Assembly (NCBI GenBank): GCA_963662945.1
Contig: OY759974.1
Coordinates: 2,144,001-2,208,000, forward strand
Source: Arcobacteraceae bacterium
GTDB lineage: Bacteria > Campylobacterota > Campylobacteria > Campylobacterales > Arcobacteraceae
Direction of reading: 5' to 3'
DNA length: 64,000 nt
Under the pieces are notes generated by a model, which did not search any database, was not told the DNA's origin, and saw nothing but the letters and a program-made list of their open reading frames with translations. Of the stretch, positions 1 to 10,081 are shown piece after piece. How positions within the stretch are numbered: position 1 is the first letter of the stretch; each line of letters opens with the position of its first letter. The translations under genes were made by a program, and so were the position numbers.

Positions 1-855
1 TACCGCTTCAATTTGAACATTTGGTATTGAAAGACTTACTGCTTCTGGTGAAAAGAAATCTATATATTCTTTTACTAAATCCCCAGCTTCTTGTGGATTA
101 TTTTTATACCAAGAAACAGCTTTTTTATACTCCTCTTCAACTCTTAGGGTTATTTGATTATCAAGTTTACCCACAACAGCAACAGCAGCTTGTGGAATTC
201 TTCCATCTACTTGAAAAACTTTCCCCCACTCTTTTTGCAAGTTCACACTTCGATAAATATCTGGAGCAATAAGTTTTAAAGGAAATGAACCTGTTTTAAT
301 CATAGCCATTGAAGTTGCAGGTTCTGCTAAAAGAACATTGTTTGCTCTTCTTAAAATAAGCATCTGCATAGCATCAGGAGGTGTTGGTGCATACTGTATA
401 TCAAAATCTTTTTTAGGATTGAGTCCCGCTTTTTTCATGATAGCTTGAAGAACAATATCTGGCATATCGTTTCTAAAAGGTACTACTATCTGTTGCCCTT
501 TTAAATCTTTAATTGTTTTGATATTTTTATCTCTTGATATAATTTCTAAAATTCCCCAAATAGATACATTTAGAATTTTTATATCCTCTTTTTTATTGTA
601 TAAATTTGCAGCAACATTTGTGGGAATAGCAACGATATGAGCCTCTTTTTTTAAAAGTATGGCTCTTAATTCATCTGGATTTTTCCATAGTCTAAATTCT
701 ACTTTTGAAGCTACATCAGCTAAAGCTCCACTTTCAATCATTTTAAAAAATGGATGTGAAACTGTAGCAACGGGTCCTGCAATGATAAGTTTATCCATCT
801 TTTGCATAGCAAAAACATTGACAATAAATAAAAATAGTAATAATAGTTTTTTCAT
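1..855 (-). CDS. ABC transporter substrate-binding protein (SsuA/NMT1-like fold); 3' end runs off the window
   Basis: Not in the ORF track. ATG at 855 overlaps the TAA of the upstream receptor (TAATG). Reads MKKLLLLFLFIVNVFAMQKMDKLIIAGPVATVSHPFFKMIESGAL...KTIKDLKGQQIVVPFRNDMPDIV...LLAEP, with a signal peptide and typical SBP motifs. Confidence 0.8.
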   Translation of the reverse strand, partial: MKKLLLLFLFIVNVFAMQKMDKLIIAGPVATVSHPFFKMIESGALADVASKVEFRLWKNPDELRAILLKKEAHIVAIPTNVAANLYNKKEDIKILNVSIWGILEIISRDKNIKTIKDLKGQQIVVPFRNDMPDIVLQAIMKKAGLNPKKDFDIQYAPTPPDAMQMLILRRANNVLLAEPATSMAMIKTGSFPLKLIAPDIYRSVNLQKEWGKVFQVDGRIPQAAVAVVGKLDNQITLRVEEEYKKAVSWYKNNPQEAGDLVKEYIDFFSPEAVSLSIPNVQIEAV

Positions 856-2990
856 TAGAAACTCACATTCATACCAGCAAAGTAGTATCGTCCACTGCTA
901 CTTCCAAGTATATCATCGATTTTTTTATCAGTTAGATTATCTATACCAGCATAGAGTGAAATATGTTTTGTATAATCATAGTTGATATTCCAATTTAGTG
1001 TTGTATAACTGTTTGTTGTACTATCTACTATTGTTTCTGTTGGAGTACCTCTATTGATAGTTTCTTGGTAGTATTGCTCCCCTACATATTTTGCCCCAAT
1101 TGAACTATCGATATCTTCAGTGATATTGTAAGCAAGTTTTAGATTTATAATTCTATCTGGATTAAATTCTAGATCTTCATCTGTTTGTTCATTTTTTGTT
1201 TTAAGTTCTGTCCAATTAAATTGAATATCAAGCTTGTTATTAATTTGATGTTGAATACCTAGTTCCATACCATAACTTTTTGCTTTATCTAGATTTTCAA
1301 AAGTATAATAAGTACCTTTGTTTACTTGACTTATTAGATCTTCAATCTTATTGTAAAAAAGTGCAAAATCATATTTTGTATTTTTAATTTGACCATTAAA
1401 GCCTACTTCATAAGTTAAAGTAGATTCAGGTTTTAAATCATAAGTAGTTTTTCCTAAAGTGGCATCTGCTGTGTCGGCTCCTCTTTGCATACCACTTGCA
1501 GTATTTTTAAAAATATACAATTCTCTTAAGTCAGGGGCTCTGTATCCTTGTGCAACATTTACTCTTACATTAAACTCTTTTGAGAAGTTTTTAATAGCTC
1601 CAAATTTAAAAGTTGCTTTACTATCATTATTGCTTATATCATCATATCTTGCACCAAAAATAGCATTAAGTGTATCATCTATAGTCCATTCATCCTGTAA
1701 ATACACCGCTTTATAATCTACATTTTTTTCAGTCAATTCACTAGATTGAGTAAAAACACTTGCTTCTCGCTTCTCTTTTCTTGATTCAATACCAGCTGTT
1801 AAGAGATGACTTTCGTTTAAAAAGTAGTTTGCTAGAGCTTCAAAACTTCTCACATCTACATTTGCCGTCATACCATTTTGAGCAGAGTTTGCTTGACTTG
1901 AATATTTTAGTTCACTCCAATAAGGTGTTGTAGTTGTATTTTTCTTTTCATAATAACTTTTATACCCTCTAAGTTGTACAACTAAATCATCAGTTGCATT
2001 TATTTTAAAATCAATTGCAGTATCGAGTCTTTCATTTTTATCTTCTGAATCTACTGGTATATTATATACAGGTATAAAACCAGCCCCTGCAGCAACATTT
2101 GATGGATGAAAATATCCTATATAGCTTCCATTTCTCTCTTCATCAAATTTATTGAACTCAAATCCAGCTGTTATGCTATCACTAAATTCATATTCAATTC
2201 TTCCACCGTAAGTTAATATATCACTTTCCTCTTTATAAGTAACATTATGAAGGTAGTTATCATTTAAACCATTTAATTGTGCAGATAATCCCACGGCAGC
2301 TGATGGCTTCACATTGGTTACTCCTGTAGGTATTTGTTTTACATAAACATCCGCATTTTCTTGTTGTGTATAAGGTGTTGTTTTTGTTTTATTTATATAA
2401 AAGCTATAACCTAGTTTCTCTTTTTTCCCTTTTACACTTAGATTAATATTTTTATTTTCATCATCTCCATGTTCATTTTGCCCATATCTAATACCAAAAT
2501 TTACTGTAGGAGTAGAAGTTGGTTTTTTTGTGATGATATTTATAATTCCACCTGTTGCGTCAGCACCATATAAAGTACTCATAGGACCTTTTACTATCTC
2601 TATTTTTTCTATTTGACTAGCTGGAATTCTATCTAAGTCATAAGGATTTGATACTTCCCCTCCTAATCTTCTTCCATCAACTAAAATGAGTGTACCATTT
2701 GTACTCATTCCTCTTATACTGACAGAAGATTTTGATTTACTACTTGCATTTGGAAATGTTCCATATTGTATATTTAACCCAGAAGTACGACTTAAAATAT
2801 CCTTGAGTGATTCTGCACCCATTTTTTTAATATCTTGTTCTGTTATTACTGAAACACTTGCAGCTACACCATCAATCTTTTTTTCTGTTTTCGTTGCAGA
2901 TGATATTGTTACAACATCTTCTAATACTATTGTGTCATTTGCCATTAGTAAATTAGAAGCTATGATACTTAGTAATATCGTTTTTTTCAT
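855..2990 (-). CDS. TonB-dependent outer-membrane receptor (CirA/BtuB-like)
   Basis: Signal peptide, TonB box-like VVTISSAT, plug motif SIRGM...LILVDG...IEKIEIVKGPMSTLYGADATGGIINIITKK, C-terminal Phe. Start placed at MKKT (GGAG RBS). Confidence 0.92.
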   Translation of the reverse strand: MKKTILLSIIASNLLMANDTIVLEDVVTISSATKTEKKIDGVAASVSVITEQDIKKMGAESLKDILSRTSGLNIQYGTFPNASSKSKSSVSIRGMSTNGTLILVDGRRLGGEVSNPYDLDRIPASQIEKIEIVKGPMSTLYGADATGGIINIITKKPTSTPTVNFGIRYGQNEHGDDENKNINLSVKGKKEKLGYSFYINKTKTTPYTQQENADVYVKQIPTGVTNVKPSAAVGLSAQLNGLNDNYLHNVTYKEESDILTYGGRIEYEFSDSITAGFEFNKFDEERNGSYIGYFHPSNVAAGAGFIPVYNIPVDSEDKNERLDTAIDFKINATDDLVVQLRGYKSYYEKKNTTTTPYWSELKYSSQANSAQNGMTANVDVRSFEALANYFLNESHLLTAGIESRKEKREASVFTQSSELTEKNVDYKAVYLQDEWTIDDTLNAIFGARYDDISNNDSKATFKFGAIKNFSKEFNVRVNVAQGYRAPDLRELYIFKNTASGMQRGADTADATLGKTTYDLKPESTLTYEVGFNGQIKNTKYDFALFYNKIEDLISQVNKGTYYTFENLDKAKSYGMELGIQHQINNKLDIQFNWTELKTKNEQTDEDLEFNPDRIINLKLAYNITEDIDSSIGAKYVGEQYYQETINRGTPTETIVDSTTNSYTTLNWNINYDYTKHISLYAGIDNLTDKKIDDILGSSSGRYYFAGMNVSF

Positions 2991-3097
2991 TTCATTCTCC
3001 ATTTTGTATTCTTACTTAAGATTAAGACAGCCTATTTAGGCTATCTACAGCGAATTATTTTTTGTATCATAGTATCCCTTTTTTGAATTATACTATT

Positions 3098-3116
3098 AAT
3101 GATAATCAATATCATT
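3098..3116. promoter_or_regulatory. Fur box upstream of TonB-dependent receptor
   Basis: AATGATAAT-C-AATATCATT, a 9-1-9 palindrome with 1 mismatch, beside a minus-strand TATAAT at 3088-3093. Confidence 0.8.
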
Positions 3117-3132
3117 GACTTATATCAAGATT

Positions 3133-3810
3133 TTATCGTAATTGAAAACTAATAGGTAATATAAGGGTTGTAGTATTTTTTGGTTTTGGTAAATTTTCAG
3201 ATGTAATAGCTTTTACAGCATTAAGCGCGGCATCGTCTAAACGTTTTTTCCCTGATGATTTATGAATGAAGTATGATAGTAATTTTCCTTTTGAATCTAT
3301 CGTAAGTTTTACTTCAGCAACCCCAGTCCATCCCATCCGTTTAGCAATATTTGGATAAATAAGATTGGAGAGTACCATATCACGGATAATGGCAAAATTT
3401 GTTTTGATAAAAGCTTGTTTTTGAGCTTGTTTATTTGGCTGCATTGATTCTGGTTTTACGATATCTTTGACTATTTCTTTAACCTCTTTTTTTATAGGTT
3501 CTGGTTCTTTGATAGGTTCAGGTTTTGGTTCTTGTTTTTTGTGAACTATTGGTTTATGTTTTGGTTCCTTTGTTTTTATAGGCTTTGGTTTTGGTTTTTC
3601 AACTTTTTTTGGTTCAGGTCTTGGTTCTTGTTTTTCAATAACCTTAGGCTTTGGTGATTGATAACTTACCAAATCTATAGAAACCATTTTTTCTTTGTCT
3701 GCTTGTTTTATAAGTTTGTCATCACTTAATAGTACTACTCCTAAAATTATTGAATGCATCAAAAGAGAAAAAAATATCCCTTTTGATTCGTTTGTTTTAA
3801 TCCATGCCAT
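3133..3810 (-). CDS. tonB: Energy transducer TonB
   Basis: N-terminal TM with SLLMH motif, EP/KP-rich linker, YPNIAKRMGWTG and SSG..LD.AAL C-terminal domain. Confidence 0.92.
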   Translation of the reverse strand: MAWIKTNESKGIFFSLLMHSIILGVVLLSDDKLIKQADKEKMVSIDLVSYQSPKPKVIEKQEPRPEPKKVEKPKPKPIKTKEPKHKPIVHKKQEPKPEPIKEPEPIKKEVKEIVKDIVKPESMQPNKQAQKQAFIKTNFAIIRDMVLSNLIYPNIAKRMGWTGVAEVKLTIDSKGKLLSYFIHKSSGKKRLDDAALNAVKAITSENLPKPKNTTTLILPISFQLR

Positions 3811-3828
3811 TGAAAAATTCCTCAAGAG

Positions 3829-4266
3829 TTAATATGTTATCCAAACTTGCCATTGTTGGGGAGTAAGAATAGATTTAATTTTCATAAGTGCTTCAATTTT
3901 GTATTCTAAAGCTTTTTGTTTGAGATTCGTTACATTGTCAATTTTGTTTTGAAGTTGTGCATCAAAAATAGAGGTTGTTTGCTTTACCTCTTTTTGAATT
4001 GATTTTTCAAGTAAAAATATTTCTTGAATAAGAGGATTGTATTTCCCATGCATAATTGGTCGTACATCATTAGCAAGTTGTACTTGTTGTTCCTCATTAA
4101 GTTTTATCTTTCCTGATTTAAATATTTTTCCACCAGGGAAGGGGAGGGGTACTATATCATGAACCATCATCCTATTTTTTTTTAATTCTTTCATCTTATT
4201 GTCTGCTCCAAATAGAGGGATAGTTATTAATAATAAGATAGTTATAATTATTTTTTTGCTGTACAT
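3829..4266 (-). CDS. Exported Spy/CpxP-like helical protein
   Basis: Signal peptide; two LTXXQ-like motifs (LNEEQ, LTPQQ). Confidence 0.55.
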   Translation of the reverse strand: MYSKKIIITILLLITIPLFGADNKMKELKKNRMMVHDIVPLPFPGGKIFKSGKIKLNEEQQVQLANDVRPIMHGKYNPLIQEIFLLEKSIQKEVKQTTSIFDAQLQNKIDNVTNLKQKALEYKIEALMKIKSILTPQQWQVWITY

Positions 4267-4342
4267 ATTTGCAATCCTTATGATAATTGTTTGATTGGCT
4301 GGCTACTATCTTAAATAAATTAGAATTTGCTAGCTATATGAA

Positions 4343-4361
4343 ATTGATAATTGATATCATA
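4343..4361. promoter_or_regulatory. Fur box upstream of Spy-like gene/tonB
   Basis: ATTGATAATTGATATCATA, near-consensus Fur palindrome. Confidence 0.65.
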
Positions 4362-4417
4362 TAATAATGTTTCTTAAATTTTTTATAAAAAGAATTTACA
4401 ATATCAAAAAAATAAGC

Positions 4418-5380
4418 TTAATGCCCATCACAATAATTGGAACTATACATATACTTTGAGGTTTCAGGTTGCAATAAAGTATGTGTTACTCCAAAATGTT
4501 GAAGCTTATGACGAATTTTTTCTAAAAGTTGTTCTATCTCTTTTATAGCTTGATTATTTTTCAAAATAATATGTGCCGAAAAATATTTTTCTTTTGATGA
4601 TGGATGTATCAAATGTACATCATGAATTGCTTCAATTTCATCAAATGATAACAACATTTTTTCATATTTTGAAATATCTTCTTTATTTGCATCCATAAGA
4701 CTCATAAAGCTTTCTTGTAAAACACCAAAACTACTTTTTAATATATAAACTCCAAAAAGAAATGTTATGATAGGGTCAATGTATGGAGTATTTAAATACA
4801 TAGTTGCAATTGCTCCAATTATTACCCCAAGAGATATACCCGCATCACCTAACATGTGAAGGTATGCAGCTTTCATATTTAGATCTTCGTTATGAGAATG
4901 TTGGTGATTACAAGAATGGGAATGTTCATTATCATGATTGTGTTCTTTGTGTCCATGATGATGGTGTAAGTGGTGATAGTCTTTAAGTAAATATGCACTA
5001 ATTCCATTTACGATTAAAGCAACAGTTGCCACGAGAATAACACTATTTGTTTCTATAAGTATTGGATTAAAAAACCTTAAAACAGCCTCATATAATATAT
5101 AGGTCATTGTGATACATAAAAATAGAGAATTGACAAAAGCAGCCATCATCTCAGCTCGAACAAAACCAAAAGTCATTTTTGAACTAGCAGCTTTTAGGGC
5201 ATAATATGCGGCAATCAATGCCACAAATAAAGCTAATACATCTCCAAGATTATGCAAAGCATCCGTAATCAAAGCCAACGAATTAGAAATCGCACCATAA
5301 ACCAACTCTAAAATAACTATTGTTATATTTAACATAGCTACAAACATAATTCGTGAATTAACACTAACTTTTTTTTCCAT
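4418..5380 (-). CDS. Cation diffusion facilitator (CzcD/ZitB-like Zn/Co/Cd exporter)
   Basis: SNSLALITDALHNLGD, His-rich loop, AAYLHMLGD, HDVH motifs. Confidence 0.92.
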   Translation of the reverse strand: MEKKVSVNSRIMFVAMLNITIVILELVYGAISNSLALITDALHNLGDVLALFVALIAAYYALKAASSKMTFGFVRAEMMAAFVNSLFLCITMTYILYEAVLRFFNPILIETNSVILVATVALIVNGISAYLLKDYHHLHHHHGHKEHNHDNEHSHSCNHQHSHNEDLNMKAAYLHMLGDAGISLGVIIGAIATMYLNTPYIDPIITFLFGVYILKSSFGVLQESFMSLMDANKEDISKYEKMLLSFDEIEAIHDVHLIHPSSKEKYFSAHIILKNNQAIKEIEQLLEKIRHKLQHFGVTHTLLQPETSKYMYSSNYCDGH

Positions 5381-5419
5381 TAAAAATTTCCTTTTATTAA
5401 AATAAATCTATACTTCATC

Positions 5420-5959
5420 TTATGCTATGAGTATTTTAAGTCCAATAAGTATCAAAACAATACCACCAAATTTTTCTGCATTTTGTTCATATTTAGCTCC
5501 AGTTCTTTTTCCTATATACACTCCTAAATAGCTAAATATAAATGTCGTACAACCTATAACTACTACTGAAACATAAGGATTTAAATCAAATAAATGAAGT
5601 GTAAATCCAGCTGCCATAGCATCAATACTTGTGGCGATGGCTAGTGTTAAAATAATACGATTTGAGACACATCTTATCTCCTCTTCCACTTTTTCTTGAT
5701 ATGATTCATAAATCATTTTTGCCCCAATTAAAGATAATAGAGCAAAAGCAATAATACTATCATATCCACTAATGTACTCTTCTAATCCAACTCCACCAAG
5801 ATACCCAATAAGTGGCATCAAAGCTTGAAATAAACCAAATAAAAATCCTGCTTTGAAAGCAATAATTTTAATGTTTTTTTTCTCTTTTATTCCAAGACCA
5901 ATAGAAACAGCAAAGGCATCCATACTCAAAGCAATAGCTAAAATCAAAACCTCAAACAT
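5420..5959 (-). CDS. mntP: Manganese efflux pump MntP family (copy 1)
   Basis: LAIALSMDAFAVS, FQALMPLIG, IATSIDAMAAG motifs. Confidence 0.9.
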   Translation of the reverse strand: MFEVLILAIALSMDAFAVSIGLGIKEKKNIKIIAFKAGFLFGLFQALMPLIGYLGGVGLEEYISGYDSIIAFALLSLIGAKMIYESYQEKVEEEIRCVSNRIILTLAIATSIDAMAAGFTLHLFDLNPYVSVVVIGCTTFIFSYLGVYIGKRTGAKYEQNAEKFGGIVLILIGLKILIA

Positions 5960-7115
5960 CTGAGTTCCTATAAATCAATAATAACAATATAAAAAATAGT
6001 AATCCACTAAAAACAAAAGGTAAAGAACTCGAAAATCCATATAATATAGTACTCACTAATGGACCAAAAATCATCCCTATTCCATTAGCTGAAGATACCG
6101 TGCCTGCTGCATATCCTTGTTCATGATTTTCAACAGAATTGGCTGTTATTGACATAATAGATGGAAACAAAAAGCCCATTCCCAAACCAAAAAGTGAAGA
6201 GAATAACAAAGAAACCCAAATCTCTAAAGAATATGCCATCCCAATCATTCCCATAGCCAAAAGAATAGTCCCCAATTTCATAAAAGTATGAGGTTGGAGT
6301 GTTGTTATTTTTGTAACAATAATTTGAGCTACTATAAGAGTAAAACCTATACTTCCCAAAATATATCCTGTCACTTTTGCAGCCTCCAGGTCATTAAGTT
6401 TAAAAATATCAAGTGCAAAAAAACCTAAACAAGAATTAATAGTCATAAAAGCAAACATAGCTAAGAAAGCAGAAAATATAGGGATAAAAAGCCTTTTATC
6501 AAAAAACTTTGTTGTAACTTCTTGTTCAATATGAATTTTAGGAGCTCTTTTAATACTAAAATACAAAACAATAGCAGCTATAAATGGCAATATTGCAAAA
6601 GTATAAAGAGGCATTTCAAGCCCGTAAATAGCCAATGCCCCGCCTGCAATAGGACCTAAAACCATACCAATACCATTTGCGGCTCCTAGTTTTGCCATAT
6701 AATTAGATCTAAGATGTGGCTCAACTTTATCAGCTACAAATGCAGCTGAGACTGGCGATATGGCAGAATAAAATATACTAATGGCTCCTCTTGTTAAAAT
6801 AAGAACAATTAAGGATACAATAACTAAAGGAGGATTTTCTAAAGCAAAATCTATGAAAATTGCTAACACAAGATAAGAGATAGCTATCCCTAAAACTCCA
6901 GTTATAAGTACTGGTTTTCTTCCTATTTTATCACTTTTTTTACCCCAATATCTGGCAAAAAACACCCATGCTATTGCTCCAAAAGTTACCGTAAATCCTG
7001 CATGCCATTCTTGTAATCCAAGATTTCTAACTATTGGTCCAACCACTGGCATAAAAGCCATACCGGCAGTTGCACATAAAATATTTGTGAGCATTAATGG
7101 TTTAATTTCTTTCAT
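5952..7115 (-). CDS. MFS transporter (TetA/DHA1-like)
   Basis: About 12 TM, motif A WGKKSDKIGRKP, GMVLGPIAGG. Start placed at MKEIK (AAGGA RBS). Confidence 0.85.
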   Translation of the reverse strand: MKEIKPLMLTNILCATAGMAFMPVVGPIVRNLGLQEWHAGFTVTFGAIAWVFFARYWGKKSDKIGRKPVLITGVLGIAISYLVLAIFIDFALENPPLVIVSLIVLILTRGAISIFYSAISPVSAAFVADKVEPHLRSNYMAKLGAANGIGMVLGPIAGGALAIYGLEMPLYTFAILPFIAAIVLYFSIKRAPKIHIEQEVTTKFFDKRLFIPIFSAFLAMFAFMTINSCLGFFALDIFKLNDLEAAKVTGYILGSIGFTLIVAQIIVTKITTLQPHTFMKLGTILLAMGMIGMAYSLEIWVSLLFSSLFGLGMGFLFPSIMSITANSVENHEQGYAAGTVSSANGIGMIFGPLVSTILYGFSSSLPFVFSGLLFFILLLLIYRNSDV

Positions 7116-8319
7116 ATTCAATTCCTTTAAAAAATAATAATACATACATCATTGAAATAAATGAAAACAAAGAAGCAACAATAATCATAGTGCTATAACC
7201 AAAAGTTCCTGATAAAGATACTCCAAAAGCACTAGCTAGAACTCCTATGAGCATAAAAGGGAAAAATTGTAAAGCATATTCTGTAGTTGGAGATTTTGTT
7301 GATAATTGATCCATCATTAAAGCATGAATAATTGGCATAGATGCACTATAACTTATAAAAATAACACTCATAGATAAAGAAGCAAATAAAATATTTGTGT
7401 ATCCATTAATTAAAAATAATAGTGTTAAAAATCCTAAACATTCAAAGACACTAATACCAATAAGCATCGTTTTTCTTGAGAATATTTTTAATAAATATCC
7501 ACTAATTACAGAAGCAATAATTCCTAAAATACTTCCAACTACTCCATTTATAAAGCCAATTTTATCTAAGCCATAACCAATATCAACCAATATGGGACTT
7601 AATAAAGCATAAGAAATACACATTCCTATTGGATAAAGAATTAACAAAATAAGTAGTAAAACTCGCCCTTTTTTATTCCAAAATTGAAAAAAAAGTTTCC
7701 ATGATATATCATGAGTAGTATGTTCAACTACACATTTTGATTCTTTATAAAGTAACAATTGAATGAAAGTAATAGTTGTAATAAATGCTAAAAGTAAAAC
7801 TGTCAAACTCCAACCAAAATACTCATAAATAGTTAAAGCTCCTCCTACTCCTAAAATATTTCCAATTATTCCTCCAGAAGTTTTAAGTGTTCCTCCTAAT
7901 CCTCTTTCACTTTTTGTTAAAAGTTTAAATGCTAAACCTTCAGCTGCTATATCTTGAGTAGCAGCTAAAAGTCCCACTAAAATTAAAGCAGTGATTATGA
8001 TTAATTTATCTTCTATTACATTAAAAAAAGAGGTAAAAATGATTGAAACTATCAGCAAAAGTTGAACCATTTTAAGAAAACCAGAATAATTTCCATGGTG
8101 TCTAGTAACATATTTGTCTACCCAAGGTGCCCATAAAAATTTTATTACCCAAACCAAACTAATCAAAGAAAAAAACCCCAATTGTTCAAGTGGCATCCCA
8201 CTTTTTCTCCAAATTGCAATAATTGCAATTGAAAAAAAAGAGAATCCTACATATTGAGTAACATATAAACTAGCTAATAATAAAATAGATTGAGGAGTTA
8301 AACAAGAACATTTATTCAT
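7102..8319 (-). CDS. MFS siderophore permease, RhtX/FptX/YbtX (AmpG-like) family
   Basis: LYVTQ, WVIKFLWAPWVD, AATQDIAAEG motifs; cluster context. Confidence 0.8.
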   Translation of the reverse strand: MNKCSCLTPQSILLLASLYVTQYVGFSFFSIAIIAIWRKSGMPLEQLGFFSLISLVWVIKFLWAPWVDKYVTRHHGNYSGFLKMVQLLLIVSIIFTSFFNVIEDKLIIITALILVGLLAATQDIAAEGLAFKLLTKSERGLGGTLKTSGGIIGNILGVGGALTIYEYFGWSLTVLLLAFITTITFIQLLLYKESKCVVEHTTHDISWKLFFQFWNKKGRVLLLILLILYPIGMCISYALLSPILVDIGYGLDKIGFINGVVGSILGIIASVISGYLLKIFSRKTMLIGISVFECLGFLTLLFLINGYTNILFASLSMSVIFISYSASMPIIHALMMDQLSTKSPTTEYALQFFPFMLIGVLASAFGVSLSGTFGYSTMIIVASLFSFISMMYVLLFFKGIEYERN

Positions 8320-10081
8320 TTATATTCCAATCTTTAACTCTTTGTTGTGCTGACCACATACCATAATATCTACCATTTTTTGTTACTAGCTTATCATGTG
8401 TACCACTTTCAACAATTTCTCCATTATCAACCACAAGTATATTATCCGCTCCGGCGATAGTTGATAATCTATGGGCTATAACAATAATAGTTTTATTTTC
8501 TACTAGCTTATCTATGGCACTTTGTACTGCTACTTCACTTTGGGTATCTAATGCGGCAGTAGGCTCATCAAGGATTACAATCGGAGCATTTTTTAAAATA
8601 GCTCTTGCTATTGATATTCTTTGTCGCTCACCTCCACTTAAACTTCCCCCAATATCTCCTATTTTTGTATTGTATCCATTTGGCAATCTTGTGATAAATT
8701 CATGGCAATAGGCACTATTTGCCGCTTCTTCTACCTCTTTGTCTGTGGCATTTGGATTTGCCATACGAATATTGTTTATGATAGTATCATCAAATAAATA
8801 AACATCTTGAAACACCACAGAGATATTTTTCATCAAATCTTCAGGTGTCATATTTTTGATATTTATTCCACCAATTTTGATATTTCCACTTTGTGGGTCG
8901 GCATATCTCATAATCATTTTAGTAATAGTAGTTTTACCGCAACCAGAGTGTCCTACAAGTGCTGTCATTGTTTTATTCGGTATAGCGAAACTTACATTTT
9001 TCAGTACTTTTGTTGCATGATTATGATAAGCGAAACTCACATTTTCAAACTCAATGTTATAATCTTTTATGGTTCCCAATGGTTTGTTTATTTTGAGAGG
9101 TTCAATATCCAAAATAGATTTGATTCTTTTAAATGCTGAATCCATCAAATCAAATACTGATACTACACCTAAAAAGATTGATAATGGTTCAGCAAGTCTT
9201 GATATGACAATAATTGCAGCAGCTAGAGTAATAAACGACAAGGTATTATCAAGAACAAAAAATGCCCCGATAAATACAAGTATTAGTAGTGTTACTTCTA
9301 TCAAAACTCCCATTAGTACAAATGGAACTTGTCCTTTATAAAGTCCTTGTTTTTGCACCTTTTTGACATAAGCTATTGAGTCTTGTAATTTTTGTGCATT
9401 TACACCTACTTTATTGACAGCTTTTAGTACTGGTAAGCCTTGAATATACTCTACAAAATCTGATTCTAATATCCCGTTAGCCTGATTGTATTCACTTTTC
9501 TCTTCATAAGAAGCTCTTCTTTTCCAGCTATATAGTGGAATAGCAAGAGGAAGCATCGCAAGCATTATAAGTGCAAGTCGCCAATCTACAAAAAAAGTAA
9601 CTACAATTATCGTTATAGGTACAATTACAATTTGCAAAAACATAGAAGCTACCATTCCCATGTGTAATACAGACTCATCGACATTACTTGAAAAAGTAGA
9701 GTTAAGTTCACCTGTTTTATAAGTTGAAAGTTTCTCTAATGGCATCTCTCGTAAAGCAATTCCAAGTTTTGTTCTTAGATCATGGGTTACATCGACAATT
9801 TTTCCATTATAGTCAAAATCATGTCCTTTCCATTTTGCCCAAAAAGACAATATGCTAAAAAGTACCATTAAACCAAGATAAAGGACAATATCAGATATTA
9901 CTAGTGTATCTGCGAACATTGATAAAAGTAGTGGATAAAACATACCAAAAGCAAGACCTTGAAATACAAATGCTAAAGTAAAATAGACTAAACTTTTTTT
10001 AAAACCACTTCCGTATTCACCTGCTAACTCTAAAGTTAATTTATAGATAGCATACATAGAGGCAAATTGATTCTTTTTCAT
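8312..10081 (-). CDS. ABC transporter permease/ATPase, YbtQ/IrtB-like
   Basis: TMD plus GHSGCGKTT, LSGGERQRISIARA, ILDEPT; paired with the adjacent half transporter. Confidence 0.88.
   Translation of the reverse strand: MKKNQFASMYAIYKLTLELAGEYGSGFKKSLVYFTLAFVFQGLAFGMFYPLLLSMFADTLVISDIVLYLGLMVLFSILSFWAKWKGHDFDYNGKIVDVTHDLRTKLGIALREMPLEKLSTYKTGELNSTFSSNVDESVLHMGMVASMFLQIVIVPITIIVVTFFVDWRLALIMLAMLPLAIPLYSWKRRASYEEKSEYNQANGILESDFVEYIQGLPVLKAVNKVGVNAQKLQDSIAYVKKVQKQGLYKGQVPFVLMGVLIEVTLLILVFIGAFFVLDNTLSFITLAAAIIVISRLAEPLSIFLGVVSVFDLMDSAFKRIKSILDIEPLKINKPLGTIKDYNIEFENVSFAYHNHATKVLKNVSFAIPNKTMTALVGHSGCGKTTITKMIMRYADPQSGNIKIGGINIKNMTPEDLMKNISVVFQDVYLFDDTIINNIRMANPNATDKEVEEAANSAYCHEFITRLPNGYNTKIGDIGGSLSGGERQRISIARAILKNAPIVILDEPTAALDTQSEVAVQSAIDKLVENKTIIVIAHRLSTIAGADNILVVDNGEIVESGTHDKLVTKNGRYYGMWSAQQRVKDWNINE

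Noticed and set aside
3001-3090. Cobalamin riboswitch ahead of the BtuB/CirA-like receptor
   Set aside because: Leader is only about 90 nt, lacks B12-box motifs, and a Fur box explains regulation
3481-3660. Low-complexity GGTTCT/GGTTTT repeats
   Set aside because: Encode the EP/KP linker of TonB; not a CRISPR or DNA repeat element
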